DNA from: a virus
Reading direction: 5' to 3' (one strand)
IMG/VR virus record: IMGVR_UViG_3300002461_001229
Length of the DNA stretch: 64,000 bases
Shown: positions 26,657-35,622 of the stretch, piece after piece
Layout: each line of letters begins with the position of its first letter
Position numbering within the stretch: the stretch's first letter is position 1
The notes under the pieces: generated by a model
Told to the model about the DNA's origin: nothing
What the model saw: the letters and a program-made list of their open reading frames with translations, nothing else
The model's database searches: none
Program-made: the position numbers and the translations under genes

Positions 26657-26723
26657 AAAAAGCTCCGCAGCTCAAATTTGAGCTGCGGAGCTTTCATCCG
26701 GTTCGGGCCGTACGGCCGCTTCA
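26657..26723 (-). promoter_or_regulatory. Conserved leader plus intrinsic terminator, copy 2 of 3 (ahead of the ejection operon)
   Basis: TGAAGCGGCCGTACGGCCCGAACCGGATGAAAGCTCCGC-AGCTCA-AATT-TGAGCT-GCGGAGC-TTTTT. Confidence 0.85.
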
Positions 26724-26734
26724 GGTTGTCAAGA

Positions 26735-26763
26735 AAAATAGCACTTCACCGCGTGAAACGCAA
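26735..26763 (-). promoter_or_regulatory. Sigma70-type promoter of copy 2
   Basis: TTGCGT (26763-26758), 17-nt spacer, TATTTT (26740-26735), at the same offset from the leader as the other copies. Confidence 0.6.
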
Positions 26764-26820
26764 CGAGTTTACGGTTTCGCGGGGCTAGATCCCCGCTATC
26801 GAGTAGTCCTTGGCGCCCTG

Positions 26821-27366
26821 TTATCGCTTGGTTAGGGCGACCTGAATGTCGGATACGACATTCCAGTAGTGCTTAATGGCGAATGCCTTTGCTTCGTCGC
26901 TCCGGGCTGCCCAGGCGGGATCAAGAAAATAATTGAAGTTGAAGTCAAAGTCAGTGTCGATCGGGTAGTGCGTCAGCCCGTTCATTTCCCGCCACTGCCT
27001 GTTGAAATACAGGAAGGTGTGCTCACTGATCGCCCTCTTGTGCGTCGGATCCTGCCAACATCGTATAGAAGTATAATAAGGCGCAATGACGACCATTTGG
27101 CCACCTGGTTTGAGAATGCGGTGGCACTCGCCCATGAAGGCGATAAGGTCCGCGGTATGCTCAATGAAGTGGCTGCAATGGATCTCGTCCACCGAGTTGT
27201 CCTTCGCGAACGTCCACTTCGGCCTGTCGAGGTCAAATACAATGTCGACCGCGTCAGTCTTAATAAGGTCGACCCCTGTGAAGCCCTCGCGTTTGTTGTT
27301 CCCGCACCCGAGGTCTATCCTTACGGGAGCGGGCTGTTCTTTTGTTTTTTGTGCTTTCGTTGCCAT
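26821..27366 (-). CDS. Class I SAM-dependent methyltransferase (Methyltransf_11-like)
   Basis: RIDLGCG motif I, GVDL, HFIEH, RILKPGG, WQDPTH. Confidence 0.88.
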   Translation of the reverse strand: MATKAQKTKEQPAPVRIDLGCGNNKREGFTGVDLIKTDAVDIVFDLDRPKWTFAKDNSVDEIHCSHFIEHTADLIAFMGECHRILKPGGQMVVIAPYYTSIRCWQDPTHKRAISEHTFLYFNRQWREMNGLTHYPIDTDFDFNFNYFLDPAWAARSDEAKAFAIKHYWNVVSDIQVALTKR

Positions 27367-27367
27367 A

Positions 27368-28111
27368 TCACCACATTATCTGATTCTGCTGATCCCAGTG
27401 CCCGACGCGAACCCGACCGTCACAGGCAAACTTATACCCCCATCCGGCAAGCTGCTCAAATGCCCACAGATCCTGCGTGTACGCCCGGGCCCCAACGCCC
27501 GGTACGACCTCTTGCACGGTGCGGAACAGCGGACGCTGCACCCTACCGTCGAGAAAGATGCTCATTCTCCAAAGGTTGAAACCCATGCCGAGGCCATTTG
27601 CCGGCGTCACGCCCTCCGGGTTAGGTATCTGCGGAATAAAATTTCTCGGCATTACATTCGGATCGCCGTAACACATCGGTTGGCCGTGTTCGCCCTTGGT
27701 CCAGTAAAGCCCGCCGACACAATCGTATTTTGCCCCATCGATCTTACCCTCGATGCTTTCGTAGAGCTTCATTAAGCCGTCTGGCGGCGGACAGTTATCC
27801 TCTTCAATGGTCATAACGTATTTGTACGACGCGAGCTCAGGCTGCGCCGTTATCATATCGATCGCCGCTTCGTATGCCGCCCCGACCTCCATACCTTGAA
27901 TAAAGATCGGCCCGACCACTTTTTGGTTCATCGGCCTCATCAGCCCCATCCACGACTGCACTACCGTCGCGGGTATTACACCCCGCGTTGGACAGATGAT
28001 GATAGTTGACAGGTCTTGATACGTCCCGCCGCGCGTCAGCCTCGCCGCCGACGCAAGCAGATCCTTATTGTGGCTCCCTTCAAAGTTGGGAACGATGATC
28101 TTCGCCTCCAT
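27368..28111 (-). CDS. GT-A fold (family 2-like) glycosyltransferase
   Basis: IIICPTRG, VMTIEED (DxD-like), GLGMGF, QDLWAF, RVGH. Start at MEAKII via TAATG coupling. Confidence 0.78.
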   Translation of the reverse strand: MEAKIIVPNFEGSHNKDLLASAARLTRGGTYQDLSTIIICPTRGVIPATVVQSWMGLMRPMNQKVVGPIFIQGMEVGAAYEAAIDMITAQPELASYKYVMTIEEDNCPPPDGLMKLYESIEGKIDGAKYDCVGGLYWTKGEHGQPMCYGDPNVMPRNFIPQIPNPEGVTPANGLGMGFNLWRMSIFLDGRVQRPLFRTVQEVVPGVGARAYTQDLWAFEQLAGWGYKFACDGRVRVGHWDQQNQIMW

Positions 28112-30309
28112 TAAGTCCTCGCTAAATTGAAGTATATTGAACCGCCAGAAGTCCACTGTTGAACCTGACTAATGTGTATCGCGTCGGGCGGTGATATTGT
28201 GGTGGCTGTGTAGCGCCCGTTAAATCCCTTCCACGACACGCTTGAAAGGTTGGCTGTGGTCACTGCGTCCGTTCCGCCACCGATCAGTCCCACGGGCGGA
28301 GCAACCGTGCCTCCGCCTCTCCACGAATAATTCATTGACGCCGTAGCTGTTGCTGATGCGTATAACATCATCACATAATGACCGGGGGTAAGAGCCGTTC
28401 CCGCCGTCTCCCATCCTGTTAATCGAAACAACCTCACACCTGAAATTGATCCGGTATCGGTGTTGGAAAAGACGTTCTGTAATGACGCAAGCCTGGAGAT
28501 GGAATTGGACGCAACGAATGTATAGAGTGCCGCCTGAACCGTAAATGCGTTAGAGCCGTTCGTCGCTCTTGATGCCTCAAAGTGTAAGGCGTTGTGAGTA
28601 AGCGATCCGCCCAATTCAAATGGTATCAATATCGGTCTCTGCGTTACCCCCGTCGCCGTCATATTCGTGATGTTGTTCATCGAAATACGGTCGATGTTCT
28701 GGTAGTCAAACAGGCTGTATCCGCCGCCGCCGCCCGGAGTTGGGCCGATGATGGTGATCGTTCCGCGATTGATCGACGTTTGCAAGGACTGTGAAAGCGT
28801 GATGTTGCTCCCGCCGACAAACTGAAACCTGCCGGCATTCCCGAGCCCTACCAGGCCGGCCTCACCTAACGTGTTGCCGGCAGCATCCATTCCAATAGAC
28901 ACATCCACGTTCTGCCCACTAATAGATAGTGTCGCACTTGATCCGTTTATGGATTGTGAAAGGGTGACGTTATTCCCACCCGCGAGATACATCGCTAAGT
29001 TCGTGCCTGATATGACGCCACTTGTCCCTACGGTATTTCCTAGATTGGACATGCCGAGAGTATTCGTTCCCGCCCCTCCGCCGCCAGAAGGAACGCTCAC
29101 AACAACGCTTCCGTTGGACACGCCGACGCTCGCTACGCCCTCTCCGCGGAACGATAAGTTAGAGGCGTTCAGTGCCCCAGACGAGGACTGTGTCGTGTTC
29201 CCGGCCGCGTAGGCACTCAATTGCTGATTCGATTGAGAGGTCAGGCCGTTGTGTGACGCCACCAAAGAGCCGTTAGACGAATAGAATGAGACCCCATTCA
29301 AGTTGCCAAATGTCGCGGTCTGGAATGCGAACGAACCGTTCGATCCTGATAGAGCTTGTCCGCTCTGAGAGGTGAGCCCGTTGTGTGACGCATAAAGCCC
29401 CTGCGTCCCCGTGGAGAACGATACACCATTAGAGTTAGCCAATGAAAGCGTTTGAAATGTCGATGAACCATTAGCCGCACTTACCGCTTGATTCGATTGA
29501 GAGGTCAGGCCGTTGTGACTCGCCGTGATGGTCGAGTTATTGCCCCCGAAGGTAATACCGTTGGAGTTCTGTAAAGAGATGGCTCCCGTCGAACCCAATA
29601 GGCTTACAAGGTTCTGCGTCTGGACGCTCTGGTTAAATGCTGAAACGGTGATGGTCGCGCTTGCCCCGTTGAGTGACTGCGAGAGTGTTATGTTATTGCC
29701 GCCCGCGAATAAGACACGAACCTGTCCGCCTGACGCCACCCCCGAGGTTCCGGAGGTGTTACCCAAGTTCGACATACCGAACGTCTGCGATTCGACCGTT
29801 TGGGCCGGCACCGCGGGAACGGTGTAACTGGCTGTGACCCGGCTGCCTCCGCTCAGCCCGAAACTTATGCCGTTCGAGTCTGCGAAAATAATGTCCCCGG
29901 TCCGGCCGACGCCAGTCCCTGCCGAAATGCCCTGGACGTTGCTCTGTGTTTGGACACTTTGCGAGGTCAGTGCGTTATGCGAAGCGGTGATCGTCGATGC
30001 GTTCCCGCCGAACGTGATCCCGTTGGCATTGTCCAGGCTGATGTTTCCGGTCGATCCAAGCAGCGAGACCATGTTCTGTGTCTGAACGCTCTGCGACTGA
30101 GCTGCGATGGATAACGTGGCACTCGCTCCGTTAATGGACTGCGAAAGCGTAACATTGCTTCCACCCGCAAACAGCATCTGAAGATTAGAGCCAGAAATAA
30201 CACCCGAGGTCCCGGCCGTATTGCCGAGGTTCGACATACCGAGAGTATTCGTGGCCCCGCCGACATTGACCGTAACGCTTTGTCCTGATCCTGCAAACCC
30301 TTGAGCCAT
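28111..30309 (-). CDS. Ser/Gly/Asn-rich repetitive tail fibre or surface protein (732 aa)
   Basis: Repeats GMSNLGNTxGTSGV...GGxN(V/I)TLSQS and ASHN(G/A)LTSQS, plus a distinct C-terminal beta domain. Confidence 0.7.
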   Translation of the reverse strand: MAQGFAGSGQSVTVNVGGATNTLGMSNLGNTAGTSGVISGSNLQMLFAGGSNVTLSQSINGASATLSIAAQSQSVQTQNMVSLLGSTGNISLDNANGITFGGNASTITASHNALTSQSVQTQSNVQGISAGTGVGRTGDIIFADSNGISFGLSGGSRVTASYTVPAVPAQTVESQTFGMSNLGNTSGTSGVASGGQVRVLFAGGNNITLSQSLNGASATITVSAFNQSVQTQNLVSLLGSTGAISLQNSNGITFGGNNSTITASHNGLTSQSNQAVSAANGSSTFQTLSLANSNGVSFSTGTQGLYASHNGLTSQSGQALSGSNGSFAFQTATFGNLNGVSFYSSNGSLVASHNGLTSQSNQQLSAYAAGNTTQSSSGALNASNLSFRGEGVASVGVSNGSVVVSVPSGGGGAGTNTLGMSNLGNTVGTSGVISGTNLAMYLAGGNNVTLSQSINGSSATLSISGQNVDVSIGMDAAGNTLGEAGLVGLGNAGRFQFVGGSNITLSQSLQTSINRGTITIIGPTPGGGGGYSLFDYQNIDRISMNNITNMTATGVTQRPILIPFELGGSLTHNALHFEASRATNGSNAFTVQAALYTFVASNSISRLASLQNVFSNTDTGSISGVRLFRLTGWETAGTALTPGHYVMMLYASATATASMNYSWRGGGTVAPPVGLIGGGTDAVTTANLSSVSWKGFNGRYTATTISPPDAIHISQVQQWTSGGSIYFNLART
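29225..29517. repeat. Exact 29-bp direct repeat within the fibre gene
   Basis: TGATTCGATTGAGAGGTCAGGCCGTTGTG at 29225-29253 and 29489-29517. Confidence 0.85.
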
Positions 30310-30310
30310 T

Positions 30311-30640
30311 TTACGTCACCTCGCTCCCGAATAAGTTGAAACTGAGATCAGCACTTGCCGCAAGAACGCGCACCTTATCGCCAGTCCCTAGGGAAAGCCC
30401 GACCGTAGCAATGAAGGTTTCGTAGGCCGGGATCGCAATATCGAAATACAGGTAGTCCTTATTTACTGTCGCCCCACCACCTGCCGAGACCGACACACGG
30501 AACGTCGTCGACGAACCACTCCGATTGCATATCACTAAAGACGACACGACGGCCTGCGTCGCGGCCGGCACTGTGTAAAGATCCGTTTCGACCGACGCGG
30601 ACGGGCTCTGTTGTCCCAATATTTTATATGCGATCGGCAT
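30311..30640 (-). CDS. Small beta-rich virion-associated protein (109 aa)
   Basis: TDLYTVPAATQAVVSSLVICNRS...FRVSV pattern; adjacent to the fibre gene. Confidence 0.7.
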   Translation of the reverse strand: MPIAYKILGQQSPSASVETDLYTVPAATQAVVSSLVICNRSGSSTTFRVSVSAGGGATVNKDYLYFDIAIPAYETFIATVGLSLGTGDKVRVLAASADLSFNLFGSEVT

Positions 30641-30880
30641 CTATGCTCCCATTAACAGAAAGGGCTCCACGAAGCCGCCCGACCCGCTTCCGCCACCGGA
30701 AAGCGACTCAAGCTCATCGATCGCCGACTGGACGTTTGAGGCCACCAGCGACCCGCCCGAATTATCAAAGGCAATGTCCGCCGCCGTCAGTCCGTCGACG
30801 GCCTCATCGGCTGCGGCCTGCGACCGATGCTCGATGTCCGTGATCACCCGCACCCGGGCTAAGGGATCAACGAAGGGCAC
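30641..30880 (-). CDS. Hypothetical protein (79 aa)
   Basis: Contiguous ORF containing a (L)TAADIAFDNS...NVQSAIDEL fibre-like short motif. Confidence 0.6.
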   Translation of the reverse strand: MPFVDPLARVRVITDIEHRSQAAADEAVDGLTAADIAFDNSGGSLVASNVQSAIDELESLSGGGSGSGGFVEPFLLMGA

Positions 30881-31361
30881 GGCGTACCTCCATCATTTCC
30901 CATCGCAGGATCCGGCCGCGTGACTGTCCGAGGTCCATGAACAAGCCGGTTGATGCGAAATCAATGGCGTTTAGGATCGCGATCACGCCGCGGTTCTTGC
31001 GGAGCGGCCAGCAGCGAATGATTCGAGCTCCCGCGGTCAGCGTTCGGTCGCGAAGCTTCCGCATTTGAGCGACGGCATCCGCCGTCGCCGCCTTAGCATG
31101 GTCGAGCACGCTTAAATGGATGAATTGAAGGCCCTGAACTTCCTGTGGTTCGAAGTAAACGGCGAGGACGAGCTGGTCGCCGTCAAAGAGTCCGTGAACG
31201 GCCGCATACGTGTCGATCTGCGTCACGTACTCGGGGAGGCTACGCGTGAACGTCTTAGCGGCATCGCGGAACCATCGCGGCATTGCCCGCTCTGCTTTCC
31301 AGATAGCGGGTAAGTGCTCGTAGATCAGTCCGTTTTGTCGCAGCTCACGCCATTCCATCAT
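30867..31361 (-). CDS. GNAT-like protein in the tail module
   Basis: Beta-alpha pattern ending in KNRGVIAILNAIDF, resembling the GNAT motif; position resembles podoviral gp13/gp14-type genes. Confidence 0.5.
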   Translation of the reverse strand: MMEWRELRQNGLIYEHLPAIWKAERAMPRWFRDAAKTFTRSLPEYVTQIDTYAAVHGLFDGDQLVLAVYFEPQEVQGLQFIHLSVLDHAKAATADAVAQMRKLRDRTLTAGARIIRCWPLRKNRGVIAILNAIDFASTGLFMDLGQSRGRILRWEMMEVRRALR

Positions 31362-31606
31362 ACGTCCGGCCCTCCCTGTGGATTGATCGGCAGCTCGCCG
31401 GCGATCGGGCCGCCGCCGATGCCGGCGATCTCAAGGAGGCTGTCGGCCGCGTCGATCTGCGGCAATGCCGGGCCGCCACCGGAATTGGTGAGGCCGAGCT
31501 GCACGCCTCCGGTCTGAAGTGCGTATTCGACCAGAAGCAGCTCGTTCTCGGGGTCGAGTTCGAGCGCCTGGATCATATCGGGATCTGTGTGCGGGTCGCG
31601 TGCCAT
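31358..31606 (-). CDS. Hypothetical protein (82 aa)
   Basis: Start re-assigned to MARDPHTDP via TAATG coupling. Confidence 0.55.
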   Translation of the reverse strand: MARDPHTDPDMIQALELDPENELLLVEYALQTGGVQLGLTNSGGGPALPQIDAADSLLEIAGIGGGPIAGELPINPQGGPDV

Positions 31607-34008
31607 TATTGTCCTGTACCGTGTGTTCCAACCTCGACGACAAGCTCGTCCAGCCGGTCGGGGAGATTGGTGCCTGTGTCCACCCACGTTCCCGCGAGAC
31701 GGATCGAAGCGAGGCCGAGATTCTTGACCATGTGACGGACCTCGAAGTTCCGGGCAATGCCGCCCGATGCTTGGAGCGGGATATTGCCGGAAATGCTGTT
31801 AAGCCCGAGCTCGATATCGTCCGGGTTTAGCGTCCGATTCGCCCAGGTCGTGCCGTGGACCTGAACGACCGGATCCGTCAAACGCCCGGTCGCCCGGAAT
31901 GAGCGAATGAACTTCGCCTTTGCTTCCTCGTTCATATCGCTTGGCTGAAATGCGATCGACCATGGGATCGATCCCGATCCGGCCCGTTCATCATAGCGGT
32001 ACGTTCGCATCACCGGACTGCCGACCGATTGCCGGCCACCGGCAAGAAACTCGAGTCGATTGTTGACGATCGCCGCTCCGCTGACGATCATGTCGCCCGT
32101 CGTGGACGAGAGCACGATCTTTGGCTGCCACGAGCCGGGGTTGGTCGAGAGGTCGAGCGGCAGGATCTCCGATTCCCAATAGCCCGAGCCATTCTTACGC
32201 ACCGCCGACATGATGATGCAGAGCTGCGTGTTCTTCGGGTCCGACACAACCAGCAGATAGCCGTCCGTCATATTCCGCATCAGGTCGCGGACAAACTTTC
32301 CGATCTCGAACGGGCTTTGCCGATCATCCGCCAGCGACGGCGAGCGGTAAGGCTGCCCACCAGACACTGAATAAACATCCGCCTGGACGACGGTGATGTT
32401 GTATGGCGAAATCGCTCCCTTGGTCCAGAGAGGCCGCGATGTGAACGGCGAATCGAGCGGTGTTGCCGTGAAGCGGGCCAGCTCGGTGCGGCCGGTCGGC
32501 GTGACGAACCAGACGCCTGTTGGCGTTTGGCAGAACAGACGGCCGAGCCCTTTGGCCCATCCGGTGATCGGATCCTCGACGCTCACTCGCCACCGGAACG
32601 GCGCCGCCTCGGGATTCGAGTCCTTGCCCGGAACGACGAAGTTACCCGGTGCCGAGCCGAGCCCGCCCGCGGTCTTTCGGTTCCCGAAGCAGGAAATGTA
32701 GAACGGCCGGTTGGCGTAGTCCGCCACCCATTCACATTCAGGCGGCTGGTCGTTGTCGCCCGTAGCGACGATGCCCATTTCGTAATCGAGGTACTCGAAG
32801 AACGCCTGATCGCTCGTGTTGAAAAATCCGAGCGTCTGCGTGCCGTCGCCCGCACCGGTCAGATTGACCACGGTATTCGCCTTAAAGTTGGCCACGCTCG
32901 ATGCCAGGCGGACCGTGTTGCGGTCCTTGACGAAAACCCAATAGCCGGTATTGCTCACTAGCGGAGCAGCGTCGGTCGTGCCGCCCGTTCGGATGTAATG
33001 GACGAAATCGCCGGGCTTGAAGTCGTGATCCGGAATAGTGAGCGAGTCGTCGCCGGTGTCGATCGCGGTGATGGTCTTTCCTGCGAACGGCATGTCCTTG
33101 ACGAGCAGCAATGCTCCCGTCTGAAAATTCTCGAGATTCACGCCGCTTACGCCGCCGCCCGAGAGCGTTCCCCAAATACGGACGCCGTCCGCATTTGCCG
33201 GCTTGATCGAGAGCAGGTTGGTGACATCGACGCTGAAACGCCCCGAGAGTCCGATCTCAAGCTGAACAGAGAGTGAGTTCTCTTTCACCCGCGGAGAAGG
33301 ATTTGAAAACCCTTTTGTCTGCGAGTTCCACCAGCTCGCCATGAACGAGTATTTGCCCCCGAACATGCCTTTCCATCCGCCCGAGTGCATATCGAATACC
33401 GGTGCCGGAGGAGCGTCCGGAAAGCCGAGCGGAAACTCTGTGTAGGTGCCGTTCGGGGCCCGTTGAAGCCGCTTCGGTGTCGATGTGGCCACGAAGCCGG
33501 TATCAGCTCCGTCGATGTAGAACTTGCCGCGGCCGACGAATGTGATGTCCTTGCGTTCGCGGACGATCGCACTCCCTCGTCGCAGCACGCCGCGTTTTCG
33601 GTCGAGCTCGAACAGCCGGAGCAGCCCATAGATGGTTTGCCCTGCCGCGGTCGTCGTCGGAGCCCGGTCTGCGATGAAGATGATATTGCTTTCGACCGTG
33701 TTGACGACAAAAACTTCGTCGCCGATGAGGAGGAACATTCCCGGCACGACGTCGTCGAGGAACGATGTTCCTGCTCCGGTGACCGTTGTGCTGCCCGCGG
33801 TGAACGACGCGGTGCCGGTAAGCGTATGGTCGCCGAGAGCGTAGCTTTGCTGTAGATCCTTGTTGCCCTGGAACACTTCGACGTACGGGATGATGCCGAG
33901 ATTGCGGACAACGGCATTGCGGCCGCGATAGATCGTCTGCGGTTCGCTTCCTGAGACCGACGTCGTCGGCATGAATTCTGCCCCGAGTAGCGGGATGCGT
34001 TGGATCAT
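31606..34008 (-). CDS. Tail nozzle/stabilisation protein (tail tubular B-like, 800 aa)
   Basis: Large beta-rich protein after the adaptor genes, with inserted beta domains. Confidence 0.6.
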   Translation of the reverse strand: MIQRIPLLGAEFMPTTSVSGSEPQTIYRGRNAVVRNLGIIPYVEVFQGNKDLQQSYALGDHTLTGTASFTAGSTTVTGAGTSFLDDVVPGMFLLIGDEVFVVNTVESNIIFIADRAPTTTAAGQTIYGLLRLFELDRKRGVLRRGSAIVRERKDITFVGRGKFYIDGADTGFVATSTPKRLQRAPNGTYTEFPLGFPDAPPAPVFDMHSGGWKGMFGGKYSFMASWWNSQTKGFSNPSPRVKENSLSVQLEIGLSGRFSVDVTNLLSIKPANADGVRIWGTLSGGGVSGVNLENFQTGALLLVKDMPFAGKTITAIDTGDDSLTIPDHDFKPGDFVHYIRTGGTTDAAPLVSNTGYWVFVKDRNTVRLASSVANFKANTVVNLTGAGDGTQTLGFFNTSDQAFFEYLDYEMGIVATGDNDQPPECEWVADYANRPFYISCFGNRKTAGGLGSAPGNFVVPGKDSNPEAAPFRWRVSVEDPITGWAKGLGRLFCQTPTGVWFVTPTGRTELARFTATPLDSPFTSRPLWTKGAISPYNITVVQADVYSVSGGQPYRSPSLADDRQSPFEIGKFVRDLMRNMTDGYLLVVSDPKNTQLCIIMSAVRKNGSGYWESEILPLDLSTNPGSWQPKIVLSSTTGDMIVSGAAIVNNRLEFLAGGRQSVGSPVMRTYRYDERAGSGSIPWSIAFQPSDMNEEAKAKFIRSFRATGRLTDPVVQVHGTTWANRTLNPDDIELGLNSISGNIPLQASGGIARNFEVRHMVKNLGLASIRLAGTWVDTGTNLPDRLDELVVEVGTHGTGQ

Positions 34009-35042
34009 TGCATTTTGTAATTCAAAAGCTGATCGAAGCGAATGTCGCCGGTCAGTACCGCAGCGATAGTAACGACCACATCGTCAACGAGCTTTTCCGA
34101 GATATCGAGCTCCTCGTCCGCGTCGAGGTCGGTCGACGGGAACGACGGAATGTTCAGGTACACACCGAGGCCACGGACCGATCCATGCAGGTTGCTGCCG
34201 GCAGCCAGGACCTTTGCCCCAAGTTCGATCTGTGTCAGCGAGTTGACCGCCGTGATGATCGCATCGACGACGATCGCGCCGGTATTATCCGTGATGGTGT
34301 ATCGCCGTCCGATGTCGCGGCTGGTAAAGCGGCCGTTGGTGACGTTGACCACGTTCGAGAACGCCGTCGTCGTGACCGTGGCGTCATGTTCGCGGAGCGT
34401 GATGTAATCGACCTGGCTCCAGATGATCGCATTTCCGGCCGATGTCGTCGCCAGATTGCGGCCCCGCAGCTCCAGCTCCGTCGCCGAGTTGGCATCGTCA
34501 ACGAACCCGTCGAACACGAGCGTTGTCCCATCCGTGATCTGCAACCGATTGTCCTTGTTATCGACCGAGAAGTTCGCCGATGGGGCGATCATGACCGTAA
34601 AGTCTGCGGTCGCGTCCATCTCACCATTATTCGGGACCGGGGTTTCCGTGGGATCGTCAGCGCCGCAGCTCGTCCGGAACTTGAGCCCGCTCGCCGTGTA
34701 GTAACAGATCAGATTGTCGTACCGCTGGCGGTCGAAATCCGTGTACGGCACGAGTGACGCATAAGGCTTGCCGGTGATGTACGAAGAATCGAGATATTCC
34801 CGCATGAACGTCTCATCGAGAACGCCCTCACCGTTGGTGAGGTCGATGAACTGTTCACGGACGAGGTTGTTGAGCGCACCCGGCTCCTCCGCGATCTGCT
34901 TTCGGATCACGTATCGGAGAGCGTGCGGCATGATCGTCTCGGCGGTCATTTCCGAATCGATCAGCTGGCTTTGATGGGGATCAATGCCGCGCCCAACAGC
35001 AAGCTGTTCGGCGCGGGCAATGATTTCAGTTAGTGTTGCCAT
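34005..35042 (-). CDS. Adaptor/ring-like tail protein with two tandem inserted beta repeats
   Basis: Helical N- and C-termini flank the repeats FSVDNKDNRLQITD... and FTSRDIGRRYTITD... Confidence 0.5.
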   Translation of the reverse strand: MATLTEIIARAEQLAVGRGIDPHQSQLIDSEMTAETIMPHALRYVIRKQIAEEPGALNNLVREQFIDLTNGEGVLDETFMREYLDSSYITGKPYASLVPYTDFDRQRYDNLICYYTASGLKFRTSCGADDPTETPVPNNGEMDATADFTVMIAPSANFSVDNKDNRLQITDGTTLVFDGFVDDANSATELELRGRNLATTSAGNAIIWSQVDYITLREHDATVTTTAFSNVVNVTNGRFTSRDIGRRYTITDNTGAIVVDAIITAVNSLTQIELGAKVLAAGSNLHGSVRGLGVYLNIPSFPSTDLDADEELDISEKLVDDVVVTIAAVLTGDIRFDQLLNYKMQ

Positions 35043-35596
35043 TATGCTCCAAGATTGAGCCAGAACACTTCGACCTGGCCGCTGACGGTCACCGAGCTGT
35101 TCGCGCTGATGCCAGCATCGGCGACACCGAAGTTGAGGACGATATCGGCTGCCGATGACCGGCCATCAACGACCGTTTGTCCGGTGCTCGCCCCGCCGCC
35201 CGAACCGGCACTCGCGGCCAGCGTGATGCTGGTCGAAGGCACGATGTTGGCCTGCACCGAATCAAGCGTATCGTTCGTGGCTTCTGCGGCCGAACCGACC
35301 GAGTGCTTGACGGCTGCGGTCACTCCGATACCGGCAGCCGCGACGATGCTGGTCAGGCGAGTCGTGGCTCCGAGGAATAGGATGTTGCCCTTCGGCAGGT
35401 CCATCAGCTTTTTCGAACCGTAGCCGCCGTTCGCACCGCCTGTGTCGATGATCGCGATCTCCTCGTCAACGAGATTGATCAGCGTCCGATGGATGAGGCC
35501 TTTTTGCTCGTCCACGATGAGGTCGCTGTCTGCTTTGACGCCGATGCCGACGCTCGTCGGCTCTATAAAATCTGCTCTTTTTCTTGCTTCAGTCAT
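35042..35596 (-). CDS. Putative capsid decoration/structural protein (184 aa)
   Basis: Ala/Gly/Thr-rich beta-sandwich-like sequence in the structural operon. Confidence 0.5.
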   Translation of the reverse strand: MTEARKRADFIEPTSVGIGVKADSDLIVDEQKGLIHRTLINLVDEEIAIIDTGGANGGYGSKKLMDLPKGNILFLGATTRLTSIVAAAGIGVTAAVKHSVGSAAEATNDTLDSVQANIVPSTSITLAASAGSGGGASTGQTVVDGRSSAADIVLNFGVADAGISANSSVTVSGQVEVFWLNLGA

Positions 35597-35622
35597 AAGA
35601 TTGCTCCTTGAATTATTGAAAT

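Noticed and set aside
28111-30309. Diversity-generating retroelement acting on the fibre
   Set aside because: No reverse transcriptase and no template/variable repeat pair differing at adenines was seen.
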